This document shows positions 50,158-50,440 of a stretch of 50,440 bases of DNA, piece by piece (position 1 is the first letter of the stretch; each line of letters starts with the position of its first letter). The notes under the pieces are model-generated. The model ran no database searches. It was not told the DNA's origin and saw only the letters and a list, made by a program, of their open reading frames with translations. The stretch covers positions 1-50,440 of the forward strand of contig JAFURK010000022.1 of NCBI GenBank assembly GCA_017480975.1, written 5' to 3'. Source of the stretch: Bacilli bacterium (GTDB lineage: Bacteria > Bacillota_I > Bacilli_A > RF39 > UBA660). The position numbers and the translations under genes were made by a program.

Positions 50158-50440
50158 ATGAAAAAGTTTTTAAAAATATTTTTTTTAATTAGTATTTTTT
50201 CTCTAGTTGGTTGTGGAGTAAAGAGTGCTGATAACGTTTTAGAAAAACTAGAAAAAAAGTTAGAAAATGCTGATAGTTATTATGTAGAAGGTGTAATGGA
50301 AATTATGAATAATGAAGATACTTATACTTATGATGTTAAGGTATCTTATCAAAAGGAAGATTATTATCGAATTGAATTAGTAAACACTTTAAATAATCAT
50401 GAGCAAGTAATTTTAAGAAATGATGATGGTGTTTATGTTG
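50158..50440 (+). CDS. YdcC/LolA-like sporulation lipoprotein (5' partial, runs off the window)
   Basis: MKKFLKIFFLISIFSLVGC lipobox, then YY.EG.MEI...Y.V.V.YQK.DYYRIEL.N...EQVILRNDDGVYV; GAGGTGA RBS. Confidence 0.8.
   Translation, partial: MKKFLKIFFLISIFSLVGCGVKSADNVLEKLEKKLENADSYYVEGVMEIMNNEDTYTYDVKVSYQKEDYYRIELVNTLNNHEQVILRNDDGVYV

Noticed and set aside
1-50440. CRISPR array, tRNA or rRNA genes
   Set aside because: No regularly spaced direct repeats, cloverleaf/T-loop motifs or long GC-richer structured RNA blocks were seen.

Overview
A very AT-rich, strongly G/T-skewed chromosomal segment from a reduced low-GC Firmicute. It looks like uncultured gut Bacilli of the RF39 type (inference), and it uses the standard genetic code. 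Most of it is housekeeping: lemA with DUF2207, sbcDC, folD, metK, an ABC-F, hsp20 with a CIRCE, feoAB, rpsB-tsf, sortase B, addB-addA, ybeY-dgkA-cdd-era-yqzL-recO, mreCD and alaS. Sporulation-associated genes (yhfW-, cse60-, DUF378- and ydcC-like) carry sigG/sigE/sigK-like promoter motifs. The most unusual elements are: (i) an orphan HTH-Panacea (DUF4065) antitoxin-like gene heading the addBA operon behind a palindromic operator; (ii) a solo tnpB with an early in-frame stop, intact RuvC residues, a recognisable omegaRNA and a perfect 15-bp inverted repeat that would sequester its own guide; (iii) a protein with three tandem J-domains, only the first of which keeps HPD; (iv) an oriented intergenic motif TAAGTATTTT repeated about 9 times in the first 30 kb; (v) ribosomal protein S2 fused to a Rho_N-like domain; and (vi) a head-to-head DnaA-box pair upstream of an orphan-metK operon. 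No CRISPR array, tRNA or rRNA was seen. All family calls come from motif recognition by eye, not database searches.
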